DNA of 49,930 nucleotides from an uncultured Atribacterota bacterium (GTDB lineage Bacteria; Atribacterota; Phoenicimicrobiia; Phoenicimicrobiales; Stramentimicrobiaceae). A program made the translations under genes and the position numbers. Location: assembly GCA_964636625.1 (NCBI GenBank), contig CAZWUL010000003.1, forward strand, positions 1-49,930. Direction: 5' to 3'. Below the pieces are notes generated by a model. That model did no database searches. It saw nothing but the letters and a program-made list of their open reading frames with translations, and was not told the DNA's origin. Below are positions 10,438 through 22,767 of the stretch, piece after piece. Position 1 is the first letter of the stretch. Every line of letters begins with the position of its first letter.

Positions 10438-12123
10438 TTGAACAAGAAGATTAATAAACATATAAGAGAACTCATAGTAGAAGCTGTTCAGAAAGGTATC
10501 AAAGATGAAACACTTAAACCTAAAGAAATGCCGCCAATTATTATAACTACTCCAAAAAACCCAGAGCATGGTCATTTAACAACAAATATAGCCTTGCAGC
10601 TTTCACGAATAATTAAATCTAACCCCAGGCAGATTGCTGATAAAATTGTGCAGGAAATAGAAAATAGCAAGAAGCAGGGAATTACCAAGATTGAAATTGC
10701 TGGACCTGGGTTCATTAATTTTTATTTGGAAAATAATGTATTACATAACGTATTAAGAGAAATTATGCAACAAAAATCTCAGTTTGGACAGTCTGATATT
10801 GGTAATAATGAAAAGATAAATATAGAGTTTGTAAGCGTTAATCCTACTGGACCTTTGCATGTTGGTCATGGGAAATGTGCTGCCGTGGGAGATGCGCTCG
10901 CAAAAATATTGAAAGCAGCCGGGTATCAGGTAACAACTGAATATTATATCAATGACCACGGTAAGCAAATAGATACCCTGGGAGAATCTGTTCTGGCTCG
11001 TTATCAAAAGCTATTTGGTGAGAATATAGATTTTCCTGAAAACGGGTATCAGGGGGAATATATTATTGCTCTGGCGGAAGAGATTAGAGATAGATATGAT
11101 GACAAATTTATAAATAGGAATGCTAAAGAAAATATAGAATTTTTTAAAGAATATGCCCAAAACAGTATTTTACAGGATATAAAAAATGACTTGAATTCTT
11201 TTGGTGTTAGATTTGATAATTGGTTTAGTGAAAAATCTCTTTATGATAAAAATAAAGTTCAGCCGGTTATCGAAAAACTATTAAAAGAAAACCATGTTTA
11301 TCGCCACGAGGGAGCCTTCTGGTTTAAGGCTTCTGGTTTTGGAGATGAGAAAGACAGAGTGGTAATTAGAGAAAATGGCGAGCCCACTTATTTTGCTTCA
11401 GATATTGCATATCATGATGATAAGTATAATAGAGGATTTCATACATTAATTGATATCTGGGGAGCCGATCATCATGGTTATATAAAAAGAATGAAGGCAG
11501 CTGTAATGGCAATGGGCTACAATCCGGATACATTCCAGGTTTTATTGGTTCAATTTGTAACTTTGATAAAAGATGGAGAGGTTGTAGGCATGAGTACCAG
11601 GGGAGGGGAATTTATTACCTTGAAGAATCTTTTACAAGAAGTGGGTAGCGACGTTGCCCGTTATTTTTTCCTCATGCATAGCCACGATAGTCATACCGAA
11701 TTTGATCTGGACATTGCAAAATCGCAATCGATGGAGAATCCTGTTTTTTATATTCAATATGCCTATGCCAGAATTTGCAGTATAATAGAAAAGGGTAGGG
11801 TGAATAATGTTGTTCTGGATGATAAAATAGAAGAAGAAGTTAATCTGAGCTTGCTAGATAAAAAAGTAGAGCTGGAATTAATTAAAAAATTAGCAAATTT
11901 CAGAAAAACAATCGAAAATAGTGCTGAACACTGGAAACCCCATTTGATTGCAAGTTATTTGCATGAATTGGCAGCCCAATTTCATAAATATTATACTGAA
12001 TATAAGGTTCTTGGTGAGGATAGAAAATTATCAGAAGCACGATTGTATCTGGTGCATTGTGTCAAAATTGTGCTTGAAAATGCCCTGTTTTTATTAGGGA
12101 TTAAAGCGCCTGAGCAAATGTAA
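10438..12123 (+). CDS. argS: Arginine--tRNA ligase
   Basis: EFVSVNPTGPLHVGH (HIGH-type), YFASDIAYH, WGADHHGY, MSTR, YIQYAYARI. Confidence 0.97.
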   Translation: MNKKINKHIRELIVEAVQKGIKDETLKPKEMPPIIITTPKNPEHGHLTTNIALQLSRIIKSNPRQIADKIVQEIENSKKQGITKIEIAGPGFINFYLENNVLHNVLREIMQQKSQFGQSDIGNNEKINIEFVSVNPTGPLHVGHGKCAAVGDALAKILKAAGYQVTTEYYINDHGKQIDTLGESVLARYQKLFGENIDFPENGYQGEYIIALAEEIRDRYDDKFINRNAKENIEFFKEYAQNSILQDIKNDLNSFGVRFDNWFSEKSLYDKNKVQPVIEKLLKENHVYRHEGAFWFKASGFGDEKDRVVIRENGEPTYFASDIAYHDDKYNRGFHTLIDIWGADHHGYIKRMKAAVMAMGYNPDTFQVLLVQFVTLIKDGEVVGMSTRGGEFITLKNLLQEVGSDVARYFFLMHSHDSHTEFDLDIAKSQSMENPVFYIQYAYARICSIIEKGRVNNVVLDDKIEEEVNLSLLDKKVELELIKKLANFRKTIENSAEHWKPHLIASYLHELAAQFHKYYTEYKVLGEDRKLSEARLYLVHCVKIVLENALFLLGIKAPEQM

Positions 12124-12138
12124 AAATTTGAGGTTTTT

Positions 12139-13026
12139 ATGAAAAATAACAGATTTGTAATAATAACTGGTCTTTCAGGAGCAGGGAAAAGTGTTGCCAT
12201 TAAATGCCTAGAGGATTTGGATTTTTTTTGTGTGGACAACATCCCTCCCCAGTTAATACCTAAGTTTTCTGAAATGTGTCTCAAGTCTCAGGGAAAATTA
12301 TCCAAGATAGCCTTTGTTGTTGATATACGAGGGGAAATATTTTTTCAGGAAATAGATAAGTCGTTGAGAGAATTGGAAGACATGAAAATTTATCCCGAAA
12401 TATTATTTCTGGAAGCAAAAGATGAAGTTATTGTAAGAAGGTTCAGTGAAACAAGGAGAAAACATCCCCTGCAGTGTTCTCAGAGTATTCTCGAGAATAT
12501 CCACCAGGAAAGGAAAAGGTTAAAAGAATTAAAGTCAAAAGCCACTCTAATTATTGATACCTCAAATCTAAATCCAAAGCATTTAAGCATTGAAATTCGT
12601 GAATATTTCCAGAAGGATACCAAAAAGGGAATTCACATAAGTTTGATATCTTTTGGTTATAAATACGGAATGCCAATCGATGTTGATTGGGTATTTGATA
12701 CCAGGTTTCTTCCTAATCCTTATTACCATAGCGAATTGACTGAATTATCTGGAAAAGATGAAAGAATTAAAGAATATTTAATGCAATTTCCTGTAACTCG
12801 TAACTTTATCGAAAAATTCTTTACGCTTATAGAATTTCTAATTCCTTATTATGTAAAAGAAGGTAAGAGTTATTTATCAATAGCTATCGGATGTACTGGT
12901 GGAAGGCATCGCTCAGTTTTTTTGATTAACCAGCTATACCAATTTTTAAAGAGTAAAGATTACCATATTTTTGTGAGACATAGAGATATAAAAAAAGAAG
13001 AAAAAAATTATAAAGAGAAGTTGTAA
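12139..13026 (+). CDS. rapZ: RNase adapter RapZ/YvcJ P-loop protein
   Basis: ITGLSGAGKS, RRFSETRRKHP, SFGYKYG, RFLPNP, IGCTGGRHRSV. Confidence 0.95.
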   Translation: MKNNRFVIITGLSGAGKSVAIKCLEDLDFFCVDNIPPQLIPKFSEMCLKSQGKLSKIAFVVDIRGEIFFQEIDKSLRELEDMKIYPEILFLEAKDEVIVRRFSETRRKHPLQCSQSILENIHQERKRLKELKSKATLIIDTSNLNPKHLSIEIREYFQKDTKKGIHISLISFGYKYGMPIDVDWVFDTRFLPNPYYHSELTELSGKDERIKEYLMQFPVTRNFIEKFFTLIEFLIPYYVKEGKSYLSIAIGCTGGRHRSVFLINQLYQFLKSKDYHIFVRHRDIKKEEKNYKEKL

Positions 13027-13027
13027 T

Positions 13028-14323
13028 ATGGATTCAAGGCGTCTTCGATTCGTGTCTTTCGGAAAATGGTTCTACCCTGGAATGCGGGTTAAGCGTTTTT
13101 TGCTTGTTGTTCTATTAGGAATAATCCTAATGGCAATAGGAGTAATTTTTCTGATTGATTTATCGAGATTTTTATGGATTAAAAATCAGATAAGAAACAT
13201 GTTTACTTATTATCAGATTGCCCCACACCTTTCCGGTTTTATTCTAATAGTTACAGGTTCTGCCCTGGTAATTTTGGGCATCTCTAATATAAACCGTTCA
13301 ATTTTAAAAAGGATTGCACCTGAGCAAGTTGACAAAGTATCTGAAATTATTTACCTGCAGAGGAAATTAGAAAAAGGACCGCATATTGTGGTAATTGGCG
13401 GGGGAACAGGCCTTCATACTTTATTAAGGGGACTTAAGCAATACACCAGTAATATAACGGCAGTAGTAACTGTTTTTGACAGTGGAGGAAGCTCCGGCCA
13501 ATTAAGAGAGGATATGGGAGTATTACCTCCAGGGGATATCAGAAATTGCCTGGTTGCCCTTTCAGCCAGGGAATCTTTAATGACTGATTTGTTTCAGTAT
13601 AGGTTTAGGGATGGTAATTTGCAAGGACATAGCTTTGGTAATTTATTTATTACCGCTATGTCTGAAGTGACTGGCGATTTTCCAAAAGCCATCGAAAAAT
13701 CAAGTGAAATTCTGGCAATACGCGGGAAAGTATTACCTTCCTCAATAGACGATGTAACTTTATGCGCCCGGTTAAAAAACAAGCAGCTTGTTAGAGGGGA
13801 GAATCATATATCTGAAAGCAAAGACGGAATTGAGAATATTTTTATTCAACCATCAGAAGTGTTACCATTACCGGAGACTATCCAGGCAATAAATAAGGCT
13901 GATGCGATTATTTTAGGCCCTGGTAGTCTCTATACAAGTGTTATTTGCAATCTACTGGTAAAGAATATACCAGAATCAATATGTCAGTCAAATGCATTGA
14001 AAATTTATATCTGCAATGTTATGACCCAGCCTGGGGAAACAGAAGGGTATTCTGCCTCAATGCACCTGGTAGAGTTAATAAACTATTTACGACAAAATTG
14101 TATTGATTATGCATTAGTTAATAAATCTGTATTAAGTAAGAAAATCGCCCTTAAATATGAGAAGGAGGGGGCATATATGGTTAATGATGATTTAAAAGAA
14201 ACATATGAAAACAGTACGAGGATTGTTCGTCAGGATTTACTATCACAACAGAATTTTGCCAGGCATGATTCTGATAAAATTGCCAAATTAATCATGGAAA
14301 TTATACACAAGGAGAAAAAGTAA
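13028..14323 (+). CDS. yvcK: YvcK/GlmR gluconeogenesis factor with N-terminal TM helices
   Basis: IGGGTGL, DSGGSSG, PPGDIRNC, GHSFGNL, GPGSLYTS, NVMTQPGET, RHD; rapZ-yvcK-whiA synteny. Confidence 0.93.
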   Translation: MDSRRLRFVSFGKWFYPGMRVKRFLLVVLLGIILMAIGVIFLIDLSRFLWIKNQIRNMFTYYQIAPHLSGFILIVTGSALVILGISNINRSILKRIAPEQVDKVSEIIYLQRKLEKGPHIVVIGGGTGLHTLLRGLKQYTSNITAVVTVFDSGGSSGQLREDMGVLPPGDIRNCLVALSARESLMTDLFQYRFRDGNLQGHSFGNLFITAMSEVTGDFPKAIEKSSEILAIRGKVLPSSIDDVTLCARLKNKQLVRGENHISESKDGIENIFIQPSEVLPLPETIQAINKADAIILGPGSLYTSVICNLLVKNIPESICQSNALKIYICNVMTQPGETEGYSASMHLVELINYLRQNCIDYALVNKSVLSKKIALKYEKEGAYMVNDDLKETYENSTRIVRQDLLSQQNFARHDSDKIAKLIMEIIHKEKK

Positions 14324-14328
14324 TAGAT

Positions 14329-15336
14329 ATGTATTTTTCTTCAATGGTGAAACAAGAGCTGGCAAGGATTATGCCCGAAAGTATATTAGAACAAAAAGGG
14401 GAATTATTGGCTTTTATTAGGTTTAAAGGATTTATTAGCAAACCTGATAAATATTTGTCATTAATTTTGGAAAACCCTATTATGATTAAGATTGTTTATT
14501 ATTTGTATAAAAAAGTATTTGGATGCGAATTAAACATCAAGACTATTAAAAAAAGAAATAATAAAAAGATTTTTATCATAACTGTGCCTGATTCTGAAAA
14601 AACAAAGTGCATTTTAGATACATTTCACCTCAAGGCAAATACTCATGGAAAGCTGAATGGGAAAATAGAAGCAAAAACAAGTAAAAGCAATTTTTCTGTT
14701 GAAAATTATTATTCTCCCGCTGCATTTTTGCGTGGTGTTTTCCTGGTAGATGGCTTTGTCAATGACCCTGAAAGGATGTATCATTTAGAGATATCCTGTT
14801 ATCATATGAACGAAGCTAAAATTATTAAAAATATCTTTGAGAGTGTTGCTTTTTCTGCCAAAGTTAGCCGCTGGCAAAAAAGGTGGGCAGTATACATCAA
14901 AAAGAGCGAACAAATATTTGAGTTTTTAAGATTTATTGGAGTTCAGAGAGCTTTACTTAACTTTCAGGATATTATTGCCAGAAAAGACTTATTAAATACA
15001 ATTAACCGATTAGTCAATTGTGAAACTGCCAACCTTGATAAGACTATCCTTTCAGCCTCACGTCAATTGCGTGATATTGATATTGTAAAAGAGCATATAG
15101 GTATAGATAATTTATCAAATAGTCTAAAAGATGTTATCATGGCTCGGTTGAATAATCCATATGCCAGCATCCAGGAATTAGCCAGCACAATTGGTGGGGG
15201 TATTTCCAAGTCAGGAGTTTATCACCGACTTAAAAAAATTGAACAATTGGCAGAAAACTATATAATAGGAGAAACATCTATTTTTGAGAATAGAGCGGAA
15301 AAAGTAATAGGTGGAATATTGACAAAACATCAGTAA
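14329..15336 (+). CDS. whiA: DNA-binding protein WhiA
   Basis: FSSMVKQEL, FLRGVFL, YHLEI, NRLVNCETANLDKT, SKSGVYHRL. Confidence 0.93.
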   Translation: MYFSSMVKQELARIMPESILEQKGELLAFIRFKGFISKPDKYLSLILENPIMIKIVYYLYKKVFGCELNIKTIKKRNNKKIFIITVPDSEKTKCILDTFHLKANTHGKLNGKIEAKTSKSNFSVENYYSPAAFLRGVFLVDGFVNDPERMYHLEISCYHMNEAKIIKNIFESVAFSAKVSRWQKRWAVYIKKSEQIFEFLRFIGVQRALLNFQDIIARKDLLNTINRLVNCETANLDKTILSASRQLRDIDIVKEHIGIDNLSNSLKDVIMARLNNPYASIQELASTIGGGISKSGVYHRLKKIEQLAENYIIGETSIFENRAEKVIGGILTKHQ

Positions 15337-15348
15337 AGTTTTATTTAT

Positions 15349-15378
15349 TTGGATAAATAGATTAAATAATGTTATAAT
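15349..15378 (+). promoter_or_regulatory. Putative promoter for rpoN-gap-tpiA
   Basis: TTGGAT-18bp-TATAAT with extended -10 TG. Confidence 0.45.
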
Positions 15379-15435
15379 ATTTTGTCATTCCATATAGTAT
15401 TATCATTATTTTTAAAAATAAATAGGGGGTAGCTA

Positions 15436-17969
<2,534 letters not shown>

Positions 17970-18070
17970 TTTAATTTTAAAAATTAAAAACAGGTATCAG
18001 ACAAGGAGAATAATTAATGGAACTATTAAATTATCTTCCTTGCCTGATAATTATTTTGGAGGATAGAATA

Positions 18071-18826
18071 ATGCGTAAACCCTTAATTGCCGGAAATTGG
18101 AAAATGAATAAAACAATTACCGAAAGCATATCTTTAGTAAAAGAGCTTATTGATTTTGTTAAAGGATATCAGGATACTGAAATTGTTATATGCCCTCCAT
18201 ATACTTCATTATGGGTAACAAAGGAATTAGTTGGAGATACTAATGTTCATTTAGGAGCCCAGAATATGCATTATAAGGATGAAGGTGCTTATACAGGTGA
18301 AATCTCAGCTGGTATGTTACAAAATATTGGTTGTGACTATGTAATATTAGGGCATTCCGAAAGAAGAGAATATTTTCATGAAACTTCCCAGGAAGTTGCC
18401 TTAAAGGTTCGACAGGCACTTGCATTTGGAATTAAATCAATTATCTGTGTAGGAGAAAAATTAGAAGAAAGAGAATCCGGATCAGCCAGAGATGTGGTCA
18501 AAGAGGAGATTGAAGCGATATTTGAGGTGCTTAAACCCCAGGAAGCCACAGAAGTAGTTTTTGCTTATGAACCCATATGGGCAATAGGTACTGGTAAATC
18601 AGCAACTTCCGATGATGCCAATGATATGATTAAATATATCCGGAATTTATTAAAAGAGCAATACAGTGAAAATACCTCTGATAAAATAAGAATACTTTAC
18701 GGGGGCAGCGTTAAACCTGAGAATATAAAGGAATTAATGGCTGAATCTGATATTGATGGAGCACTGGTAGGTGGTGCAAGCTTAAAAGCGCTTACATTCT
18801 CGAGATTAATAAAGTTTAAGGAATAG
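18071..18826 (+). CDS. tpiA: Triosephosphate isomerase
   Basis: AGNWKMN, GHSERR, AYEPIWAIGTG, YGGSV, LVGGASL; ATG 18071 follows GGAGGA (alternative in-frame ATG at 18017). Confidence 0.97.
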   Translation: MRKPLIAGNWKMNKTITESISLVKELIDFVKGYQDTEIVICPPYTSLWVTKELVGDTNVHLGAQNMHYKDEGAYTGEISAGMLQNIGCDYVILGHSERREYFHETSQEVALKVRQALAFGIKSIICVGEKLEERESGSARDVVKEEIEAIFEVLKPQEATEVVFAYEPIWAIGTGKSATSDDANDMIKYIRNLLKEQYSENTSDKIRILYGGSVKPENIKELMAESDIDGALVGGASLKALTFSRLIKFKE

Positions 18827-18908
18827 CAAATATAGATAATATAAAAATTTTTTAAATAATAATTAAATTTCCTTGAATTAAAAGCATAAAAAATAAGCCT
18901 GTATTAAC

Positions 18909-18937
18909 TTGATTCAATTTTGTAAATATGTTATGAT
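18909..18937 (+). promoter_or_regulatory. Putative sigma70 promoter for secG
   Basis: TTGATT-17bp-TATGAT with extended -10 TG. Confidence 0.5.
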
Positions 18938-19018
18938 TCAAAAGCATGCAAATAAGCTAAAGAAAATGTTAATGGTATCAATAATAATGATATTATTAAA
19001 AAAAGGAGAGGAAAATTA

Positions 19019-19240
19019 ATGCCCACATGGTTAATGCTTATACAAATAGCCATAAGTATAGCACTTATTGGAGTTGTATTGTTTCAGTCAAGAAAAGCCA
19101 GTCAGGGTGGTGGGATTTTTGGCGGTGGAACCTTTGCTGATCATAGGGGTAGAAAGGGAAAAGAAGTCCTTCTGCTCAGGATAACTACTGCGATTGCAAT
19201 ATTATTTATGGTTTCTTCCATTATGATTAGTATTTTATAG
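19019..19240 (+). CDS. secG: Preprotein translocase subunit SecG
   Basis: 73 aa, two TM helices separated by VLFQ...GGGIFGG, L-x-RIT; follows tpiA. Confidence 0.88.
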   Translation: MPTWLMLIQIAISIALIGVVLFQSRKASQGGGIFGGGTFADHRGRKGKEVLLLRITTAIAILFMVSSIMISIL

Positions 19241-19274
19241 GAAACATACAGTGTAATAGGGACAAAAAATAGAG

Positions 19275-20312
19275 ATGAACCAATTTATTAAATCAACCAC
19301 TGAAATAAAGCAATACAAAGTCGACCCGAACAGGAAATTATTTTCTGCTAATCATGATGAAATAGAAAAGGGATTGACTACTGATATATATTTTATTAGA
19401 GCACTGGAAATTCTAAAATATTTAGAATTAGAAAAAACCAAGGTAACCGCAGAGATATTTGCCAGGAAAAAGGGAATTTTTGCCGGTGCTCAGGAAGTAT
19501 ATAATTTATTAAAAGAGAAAAATATTAAATTATGGTCTCTCCAAGAAGGAGATTCTTTTTCCCTGAAAGATACAGTAATGAGAATAGAAGGCCCTTATGA
19601 TGAATTTGGAGTTTTTGAAACAGTAATTTTGGGTATTTTGGCTAGCAGTTCGGCATGGGCTACTGCAGCCAGAGAGTGTTGTGATGTTGCAGGCGGAAAA
19701 AGAATTATTTGTTTTGGTTCAAGACATATTCATCCAGCTGTTGCCCCTGTCATGGAAAGAGCTGCTATTGTCGGTGGTGTTGATGGAGCAAGTTGTATAA
19801 TGGGAGCAAAATTAATGGGGCAAGAACCACAGGGCACAATTCCTCATACTGTTATTATTATTTCTGGAGATACCGTAAAAGCGGCAAAGGCATATAATAG
19901 CTCTACCCCCAAAGACGTTCCACGGGTGATACTGATTGATACTTTTAAGGATGAGGCAGAAGAATCATTAAGAGTTGCGAATGTACTTGGTAAAGACCTT
20001 TTAGGTGTCCGTCTCGATACACCAAGTGAAAGGGGAGGAGTTTCTCCTGATTTGGTAAGAGAGGTAAGAGCTCGCCTTGACCAGGCTGGTTTCTCTTATG
20101 TGAAAATATTTGTATCTGGCGGAGTGACTCCTGAAAGAATTCAAAAGCTTAGCCAGGAAGCAGTTGATGCATTTGGGGTAGGCAGTTATATCAGTAATGC
20201 ATCCCCAATTGACATGACTCTTGATATTAAAGAGGTAAAAGGAAAGCCAATTGCAAAAAGAGGAAGAATTCCTGGCAAGATTGAGAATAAAAAATTAGTT
20301 AAATTAATATAG
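19275..20312 (+). CDS. pncB: Nicotinate phosphoribosyltransferase (short, archaeal/Thermotoga-like type)
   Basis: TDIYF, FGSRH, GTIPH, LIDTF, GVRLDT, FVSGG, DAFGVGS, AKRG. Confidence 0.87.
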   Translation: MNQFIKSTTEIKQYKVDPNRKLFSANHDEIEKGLTTDIYFIRALEILKYLELEKTKVTAEIFARKKGIFAGAQEVYNLLKEKNIKLWSLQEGDSFSLKDTVMRIEGPYDEFGVFETVILGILASSSAWATAARECCDVAGGKRIICFGSRHIHPAVAPVMERAAIVGGVDGASCIMGAKLMGQEPQGTIPHTVIIISGDTVKAAKAYNSSTPKDVPRVILIDTFKDEAEESLRVANVLGKDLLGVRLDTPSERGGVSPDLVREVRARLDQAGFSYVKIFVSGGVTPERIQKLSQEAVDAFGVGSYISNASPIDMTLDIKEVKGKPIAKRGRIPGKIENKKLVKLI

Positions 20313-20435
20313 TATCATGTATCGAGTATATAGTATCGAGTGAAATTATTGGGTAATCAGGTAATTTAATAACCCTTCAATAGGTTTTATTTATCTCTTT
20401 TTTACTGAATACTAAATACTAACGACTAACTACTA
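20310..20435 (+). repeat. Heptamer-arm element A (inverted degenerate 7-mer arrays)
   Basis: Left arm AGTATCA TGTATCG AGTATAT AGTATCG AGT (20311-20341); right arm ACTGAAT ACTAAAT ACTAACG ACTAACT ACTA (20404-20435). Confidence 0.8.
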
Positions 20436-20443
20436 TTTTAAAT

Positions 20444-20531
20444 GCCGGGATGGCGGAATAGGTAGACGCGCCAGCTTGAGGGGCTGGTGGGCAAATTGCT
20501 TGTGGGGGTTCAAATCCCCCTCCCGGCACCA
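20444..20531 (+). tRNA. tRNA-Leu(GAG)
   Basis: Acceptor GCCGGGA/TCCCGGC, anticodon stem CCAGC/GCTGG with loop TT-GAG-GG, long variable arm, GGGGG-TTCAAAT-CCCCC, A73 plus CCA; 88 nt. Confidence 0.96.
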
Positions 20532-20554
20532 AAAAAGATAAATATATTGAGATA

Positions 20555-20593
20555 AAGATTTTAAGAGGATGTCTGGCTTCCTCTTAAAATCTT
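20555..20593 (+). terminator. 15-bp hairpin downstream of tRNA-Leu
   Basis: AAGATTTTAAGAGGA-9nt-TCCTCTTAAAATCTT. Confidence 0.7.
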
Positions 20594-20639
20594 AAATTAT
20601 TTTAATAGATTGTAAAAATAAAAATGTTAAAAAAATTCA

Positions 20640-20990
20640 ATGCATGAAAGATCATTAGCAAGAAATATGCTAAACTTAATATTAGAAAAAATAAAACCAT
20701 TTAATACGAAAAAAACAATAAAAACAATTAATATTGTTATTGGCGAATTTACTATGATTCAAGAGGATTTGCTCATTTCGGCCTTCTATGATTTATCAAA
20801 ATCAACAATTGCTGAAAATGCCAAGGTTGTAATCACCCATAAACCTTTAATTGGAAGTTGCTTAAATTGTAAAAAAGAATTTTTACTAAATAAAAAAGAA
20901 TTTATCTGTCCCCATTGCAAAAGTAATATAATACAAATTATTAGTGGTGATGAATTTTTTGTAAAAGATATAGAATTAAATAAAAATTAA
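20640..20990 (+). CDS. hypA: Hydrogenase nickel metallochaperone HypA
   Basis: MHE start, CLNC...CPHC zinc site, SGDEF. Confidence 0.93.
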   Translation: MHERSLARNMLNLILEKIKPFNTKKTIKTINIVIGEFTMIQEDLLISAFYDLSKSTIAENAKVVITHKPLIGSCLNCKKEFLLNKKEFICPHCKSNIIQIISGDEFFVKDIELNKN

Positions 20991-21093
20991 CTTAACTATA
21001 TTACATAATGATTAAGAATTAATAAAAATTTATGTAATACTTTTTGTTATTTAAAAAAGATTAGAAAAAATACCTAAGGTGAGGTGAAGTTAT

Positions 21094-21606
21094 ATGGTTG
21101 TAGCTTTTATTGTATCTTTTTTGTTAAGCTTTATTGCTTTTATGATTTTGACAGCCAGTTATGGGGAAATTGCTGGATTATGGACTTATGAAGGGGTTGT
21201 AATAGCTTTAATTCTTTCTATTGTTGCAGGTTTGATTTCTGACCGGGTATTAGCTAAAGGAAGACAGTACCGACTTCTAAACCCTGTAAGATGGGCAATT
21301 TTTATTATTTATTTTTTTGGTCCCTTTTTCTTTGCAATGGCAAAGGCAAATATTGATGTTGCCTATAGGGTTATCACCGGTAAAATAAACCCAGGAATTG
21401 TAAAAATATCCACTGGTTTAAAATCCGATGCCTCAGTTACTCTGTTAGCCAATTCAATTACTTTAACACCAGGTACTTTAACTGTAGACATTGATGAAAA
21501 AAATAATGATTTATATATACATTGGATAAATGTTACCAATTTAAAACCATCAATAAAGGAAATTTGCGGTAGTTTTCCTGTTTGGGCTAGGAGGATTGCA
21601 GAATGA
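21094..21606 (+). CDS. mbhA: Membrane-bound hydrogenase subunit A (MnhE-like)
   Basis: ANIDVAYRV, INPGIV, LANSITLTPGTL, LYIHWI. Confidence 0.87.
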   Translation: MVVAFIVSFLLSFIAFMILTASYGEIAGLWTYEGVVIALILSIVAGLISDRVLAKGRQYRLLNPVRWAIFIIYFFGPFFFAMAKANIDVAYRVITGKINPGIVKISTGLKSDASVTLLANSITLTPGTLTVDIDEKNNDLYIHWINVTNLKPSIKEICGSFPVWARRIAE

Positions 21607-21881
21607 ATGGAGCTTTTTTAATTTTCATGTTACCTGCTGTATTTATTTTAATATCTATTTTAATTGCTGTATTTAGATTTATATCTGGACCAACAATTCC
21701 TGACAGAGCTGTAGCTTTAGATACTGTCAATACATTAGTTGTTGCAGGAATGATATTACTCGGAGCAGCTTTTGAAGAATCTATTTATATAGATGTAGCT
21801 ATAATATATGCACTATTATCATATGTTACTACCTTATATATTGCAAAACATTTGACAGAAGATAAGGAGGTTGACGAATAG
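21603..21881 (+). CDS. mbhB: Membrane-bound hydrogenase subunit B (MnhF-like)
   Basis: GPTIPDRAVALD, YIDVAIIYALL. Confidence 0.87.
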   Translation: MNGAFLIFMLPAVFILISILIAVFRFISGPTIPDRAVALDTVNTLVVAGMILLGAAFEESIYIDVAIIYALLSYVTTLYIAKHLTEDKEVDE

Positions 21882-22243
21882 TGACTATCTTAATTGTAAT
21901 TGTGGTTATTTTTCTTGTTATTGGAGTTGCTTTTAACACTTTAGGGTCAATTGGCCTGATAAGATTTCCAGACGTATATACCAGACTCCATGCTGCTACT
22001 AAATGCACTACTTTCGGTACTATTTTTATATCTTTAGCAGTAATTATTTTTGGTTTCTATTTTTGGAGAGTTAGTGGTGAAGCAAAATATTTAGTCTTGG
22101 TACTTCATACAATAATAGCATTAGCATGTTTAATAATTACCAATCCTACCGGCGCTCATGCTATTGCAAGAGCCGCATATCGAAGTGGAGTTAAACCAAA
22201 ACATGCGGTAGTTGATGATTTAAAGGAGGCAGAAATAGAATGA
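21881..22243 (+). CDS. mbhC: Membrane-bound hydrogenase subunit C (MnhG-like)
   Basis: RFPDVYTRLHAATK, NPTGAHAIARAAY. Confidence 0.88.
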   Translation: MTILIVIVVIFLVIGVAFNTLGSIGLIRFPDVYTRLHAATKCTTFGTIFISLAVIIFGFYFWRVSGEAKYLVLVLHTIIALACLIITNPTGAHAIARAAYRSGVKPKHAVVDDLKEAEIE

Positions 22244-22482
22244 GTTCTTTAATTGGCTTCGCTCATATAGCAACATTAATTATGATTATTATTGGTTCAG
22301 TTTTAGCTGTTAGTCTAAAAAATATACTTCCTTCAGTGATTGCACTCTCTATATCAAGCCTTCTTCTCTCATTGGAATTTCTTTTTTTACAAGCTCCAGA
22401 CGTGGCAATGGCTGAAGCCGGAGTTGGAGCGGTCTTAACAATGGCTCTTTTTATCTTTGTAATTCGAGCTACAAAAAAATAG
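22240..22482 (+). CDS. mbhD: Membrane-bound hydrogenase subunit D (DUF4040, MrpA-fragment-like)
   Basis: LQAPDVAMAEAGVG, 80 aa hydrophobic. Confidence 0.85.
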   Translation: MSSLIGFAHIATLIMIIIGSVLAVSLKNILPSVIALSISSLLLSLEFLFLQAPDVAMAEAGVGAVLTMALFIFVIRATKK

Positions 22483-22500
22483 GTAGGGAGTATATAGATT

Positions 22501-22767
22501 ATGAAAAAAACATTTTTTGCTGTAGCATTAATTTTATTATTTGCTTTTTTGATGACCATCGCTATACAAATGAGATTATTTGGCGAGCCGGTTGCTAGCC
22601 AGATGGATGACTATTTTATTGAAAATGTACAAGCTGAAACTGGTGTTAATAATGTTGTTACTGGAATATTGTTTGACTACAGAGGTTTTGATACACTCGG
22701 AGAAGCAACAGTGTTATTTACGGCAGTTGTGGGGGTAACCGTTGTATTTAAGGGGGCTCTTAAATGA
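22501..22767 (+). CDS. mbhE: Membrane-bound hydrogenase subunit E
   Basis: [23 protein letters not shown]. Confidence 0.87.
   Translation: MKKTFFAVALILLFAFLMTIAIQMRLFGEPVASQMDDYFIENVQAETGVNNVVTGILFDYRGFDTLGEATVLFTAVVGVTVVFKGALK

Noticed and set aside
20444-20640. Integrative element at tRNA-Leu
   Set aside because: No integrase, and I found no duplicated tRNA 3' end in the window.
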